A DNA stretch of 51,053 nucleotides from Octopus bimaculoides (taxonomy: Eukaryota), in NCBI RefSeq assembly GCF_001194135.2, contig NC_069006.1, positions 25,595,421-25,646,473 of the forward strand, written 5' to 3'. The translations under genes were made by a program, and so were the position numbers. Positions 46,960-51,053 of the stretch are shown here, piece by piece. The notes under the pieces were generated by a model. It searched no databases, was not told the DNA's origin, and saw only the letters and a program-made list of their open reading frames with translations. Numbering within the stretch: the stretch's first letter is position 1; each line of letters opens with the position of its first letter.

Positions 46960-47303
46960 ACGGGTGGTGTGGAGGTAGGGAGTGAATGGCTGAGTTTCCT
47001 TTTTACGTGTTTGATGTTTGTGTTTAGGTGTAAATGTGTGAACACGCTTGTGAACGTGTTTTCTATGTTTGTGTCTGTACATGCGTGCGTGCATGTGTGT
47101 GTTTGTATCTGTGTTATGTTGTGTGTGTGTGTGTGTATCTCTTTTCCTGTATGATTGTATGTGTGTGTATCTCACATTCTCTCTCTCTTTCTCTTTGTGA
47201 CTGTGTGTGTTTCTTCCTCTCCTTCTCTTTGTCTCCCTCTCTCTCTCTCTCTCTCTCTCTCCCTCTGCGAATGTATGTGTGTGTGTATGTGTGTGTGTGT
47301 GTT

Positions 47304-47341
<38 letters not shown>

Positions 47342-47710
47342 GTGTGTGTGTGTGTATGTGTGTGTGTTCATGCGCATTAGTCTCTGGAGTGTAAAGCAGA
47401 GAAGATCGACAAACACTCAGGATGAATTGGCAATTTGGCAAAGGACAACAGGGAGATATAGCAAAACACACACACACACACACACACATTCACAGATCAA
47501 GAGAGAGAAAAAGAAAAAAAAAGATAGATGGACATAAACAGATAGATATAAATAGATAGGTAGGTAGGTAGGTAGTTAGGTAGGTAGGTAGACTGATAGA
47601 TAGACAGACAGATGTGTAGACAGATAGACAGATAGATAGATAGGTAGATAGACAGTAAGAAAGAGAGAGAGAGAGAGAAGGAAAAAGAAAGGGAAAGAAA
47701 GATAGGGTAA
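46960..47710. repeat. Compound (TG), (CT), (CA), (GATA/GGTA/GACA) microsatellites
   Basis: Direct inspection. Confidence 0.95.
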
Positions 47711-49019
47711 GAGTGAGGTAGTTCAATGTTAGTGGAGGGAGGATGTGTAACTGAGGGAGAAGAAACTAGAAGGAATACCAGCAAGTTTGAGAAACATGGA
47801 GGGGAAGCAAAAAATTAAACAACAGGGAATTACTCTACTCACATAGAAACACACCTACACAAATGCATGCAAACTGTCCAACATTCATCTGTACACAAAT
47901 GCCCACCCACACAGAACTATCCTACTCACACATTTGGTTCAATACCCCGTTGGTTTCAATGTATGCACATGATTTGTTAAATCTTTTATTTATTAATTAA
48001 GCATTTCTTAACGAATCAGAAATATTAAAATGTTTTGATAGAAATAAGTTTAAATTTAGTTTCAGCTGTACACATATTTTAGCCATTGAAATAGCAAACA
48101 TCAGATGTAAAAATTTTAGAAAATCATCTCCAATACTTCCTACTTCTAAACACCATAAATTCTACAATGATTCATATCTTTTGCAAATATTTTTATGGTT
48201 GACAATTCAGTCGCCAAAAAAAAAAAAAAAAAAGATGAAGAAAAATAAAATTGGATTGACTAAGAATAATTTTAAGGGATAATTTAATCAGTATGAACAT
48301 TCTTTTAGAAATTTGGAAAGATCTTTGGAGACAAGTTCATCTCAATACATATGTATTTTGATAAACTTGTCTCCAGAGACAATGCTAGAGACCATAAAAT
48401 CATGTGGATATACATTGCAACGCATTTCAAACAAGGTAGCAATAGCTGTGATCTTTGTCTCTCAGAAAATAGTGAATATATTATTGGCATAATGACCCTC
48501 TTGGGATGCAACGAATCCTGTTTCAACACTTCAGTTCAAATCAAGAATCTTGCAAACAAAATACAAAAAACGAAATAAATATCTTGTTTTACAGAAACTC
48601 CATCCTAAGCACACATCAAAATTAATACCATTATGTCACTGCAAATCAAAACATTTGCTAGAATATTTTAAATCAGATATCAGCTACAAAACCAAATAAC
48701 TGCATCATATATTAATCTTTGCTGTAAAACAAACATCCTTTTTTTTGTTTGTTTAACATGCAATAAATATTGGTTATTTTTGTTATATGTCAAAAAGACC
48801 AGTTGGTGGATAGCAGACACCTTTATACAATAACATAACATTAAAAGATTATATATTTATCTACATTATATATTGTTACAGTGAATATACAAGTGTCTTT
48901 GTATTTCATTCTGTATATTTACATAAGATTGCTTCTTAGTTTTTTTTTCTCTCAAGGCCTGAAATCAGTAAGAATTAGTAAGACATGAAACTTTGAGTGG
49001 CAATCTATGTCATTTCAAA

Positions 49020-49195
49020 TTAGCACCAGGCTCCAATCTGATCTGGCAGAGTTTCTACAGCTGGATGCCCTTCCTAACGCCAACCATTCCAAGAGTGTAG
49101 TGGGTGCTTTTACGTGCCACCGGCATGAGGGCCAGTCATACGGTACTGGCAACGGCCACGCTCAAAATGGTGCTTTTTTTACCTGCCACCTGCAC
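49020..49195 (-). mobile_element. Family B, internal part
   Basis: CACCAGGCTCCAATCTGATCTGGCAGAG...GGTGCTTTTACGTGCCACCGGCA. Confidence 0.85.
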
Positions 49196-49781
49196 GTGTC
49201 TATAATTAAATTGACTATGGCATCAAGTTTTGCTTCTCAGTTCAACCAATCCAGTGCCTCTCAAAAATGATTATGGTAATACATTTGACTCTTCTACAGC
49301 CTGTATACAGACAACTCATCTGTGCATGGTTTGTAGTTAATCTTAAACTTGCTTTACAATAATAATAATCTTAATTTGATATACATTATACACAAACACA
49401 CATGCACACATGCACACATATATGGAAATAAATTTCACTGTATACATATTTGAATCCAATCATTTGTTCACAATCCATACTGTATGAATCAGATTAACAA
49501 TGACTAAATTATTTTAGTAAATTCTTTTTATTGTTTTCAAAAAAATTGAAACAAAGGCAGTTTATTTCAACAGAAAAAAGGTAAGAAAAGTGTTGAAGCA
49601 ATCTAAATTAAAAACTTCAATCAAAATTTCATGTTCATTTAGGTTCCAAACACCAGGTTAATAATGACAGAGCTATTTCACTAAATTCTTCGTTATTTTC
49701 AAAATTAATTGAAACAAAGGCAGTGTAGTGCAACCGAAATATGGAAATAAAAGAGTTAAAGTGATCTAAATTAAAACCTTC

Positions 49782-49782
<1 letters not shown>

Positions 49783-49820
<38 letters not shown>

Positions 49821-51017
49821 NNNNNNNNNNNNNNNNNNNNNNNNNNNNNNNNNNNNNNNNNNNNNNNNNNNNNNNNNNNNNNNNNNNNNNNNNNNNNNNN
49901 NNNNNNNNNNNNNNNNNNNNNNNNNNNNNNNNNNNNNNNNNNNNNNNNNNNNNNNNNNNNNNNNNNNNNNNNNNNNNNNNNNNNNNNNNNNNNNNNNNNN
50001 NNNNNATATATATATATATATATATATATATACTGTACATACATATATATGTATATACACAATATATATATATATATAAAACACGTGCATATATCTGTGT
50101 GTATATGCAACATAATAGTGTAATATATATGGATTCTCATGCATATAAGTGTGCATGTATATATGTTTGTGTGTGTGTGTACGTCTGTGTGCCTGTCTGT
50201 GCATGTGTGTGTGTATACAAGTTGGAGTTTAAGGCATACCTAAGCTAGCTCCAATGAATAATGCTAATATATTAGCTACCAATAATGTCAATGAGTCATA
50301 AAATTTCGCTATCTCCCTGCCGGAATAATAAGCGTTACCAATAAAGCGAAAAATGACTGCATATTTAAATTAGGTGCAAACATGCATGCATATATTTGCC
50401 TGATAATTACATATCGTTATATGCAGCTATGTGTATCAACGAGCAGGTGTTCTACAATCGATTCTTGTTACTTCATTGACGATTCCTTTAATAACAGAAT
50501 AACTTTATGGTAATACCATGAAAAAAATTTCTTCTTTTTCTTTATTCAATTCTTGTGAATTGATCAAAGATATATTCCTCTTTCCTCTCTCCTTGTTTTT
50601 CTTTCTAACTCATTTGCTATCCTCTCTTTCTTTTTTCACCTTTTTTTAGTTTCACTTTCATTTCATTCTCTCTATATCTTTCTCCCCTTCTCCTTTGCCT
50701 TCTCCTCCAGCTCCTCCTGCTCCCTCCCCATTTACTTCTTCCCCCTCCCCTCCATTCCCTCCTCCCTTTTCTTTTCTGCTTTTTTTCTTCTTCGATATTA
50801 CAGTCTACTTATTTTCTTACATTTGCATAAAGTCAACATTTATAGGAGAGAAGTGGTTGATGGTGGAATACTATACATACATATATATATAGTCATACAT
50901 ACACACATAATATATGCATACACACATATATACATACATACACATGCATATATATATCTAAGTATATATATATATATATATATATGTGCATGTATATATA
51001 TATATATGTATATGTGC

Positions 51018-51053
<36 letters not shown>
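49783..51053. repeat. (TG)n/(TA)n tracts around gap 49821-50005, CT-rich tract 50570-50820, terminal (TA/CA)n
   Basis: Direct inspection. Confidence 0.9.

Noticed and set aside
48305-48578. Overlapping 74/75-aa ORFs on both strands
   Set aside because: No motif or convincing splice sites; overlaps a palindrome and a probable old repeat.
29-51053. Most listed ORFs (poly-YI, CV, HT, LS, V, E/K, S/G, X runs)
   Set aside because: Translations of microsatellites or N-gaps with no domain content.

Overview
Eukaryotic, AT-rich, repeat-dense animal genomic DNA from a gapped draft scaffold (12 N-runs). The SINE and microsatellite landscape is most consistent with an octopod cephalopod; this is inference from recalled repeat families, not a database search. 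One gene reconstructs completely: PEX2 (peroxin-2, RING E3 ligase of peroxisomal import), + strand, 8 coding exons from 27566 to 40930, 303 aa, intact C3HC4 RING, all 7 introns GT-AG and phase 0. A probable last coding exon of an unidentified convergent gene lies at 44867-45000 (-). The rest is mostly tRNA-derived SINEs (several families), a (GAT)n-tailed SINE-like family, MITEs (hAT, piggyBac type), a Tc1/mariner transposase relic, two R4/Dong-like endonuclease fragments, Penelope-type hammerhead ribozyme motifs, and micro/minisatellites. Nearly all ORFs in the supplied track are translated microsatellites, repeats or N-gaps. The left half has exon-like islands and YY1-type motifs that I could not assemble into a recognisable gene. 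I found no convincing new multi-gene system. The best leads are a near-intact minimal hammerhead (18087-18125), the all-phase-0 PEX2 structure with inverted SINE pairs around its exons, and a 58-nt hairpin (48322-48379). Repeat boundaries are approximate (about +/-15 nt); family labels A-G are mine.
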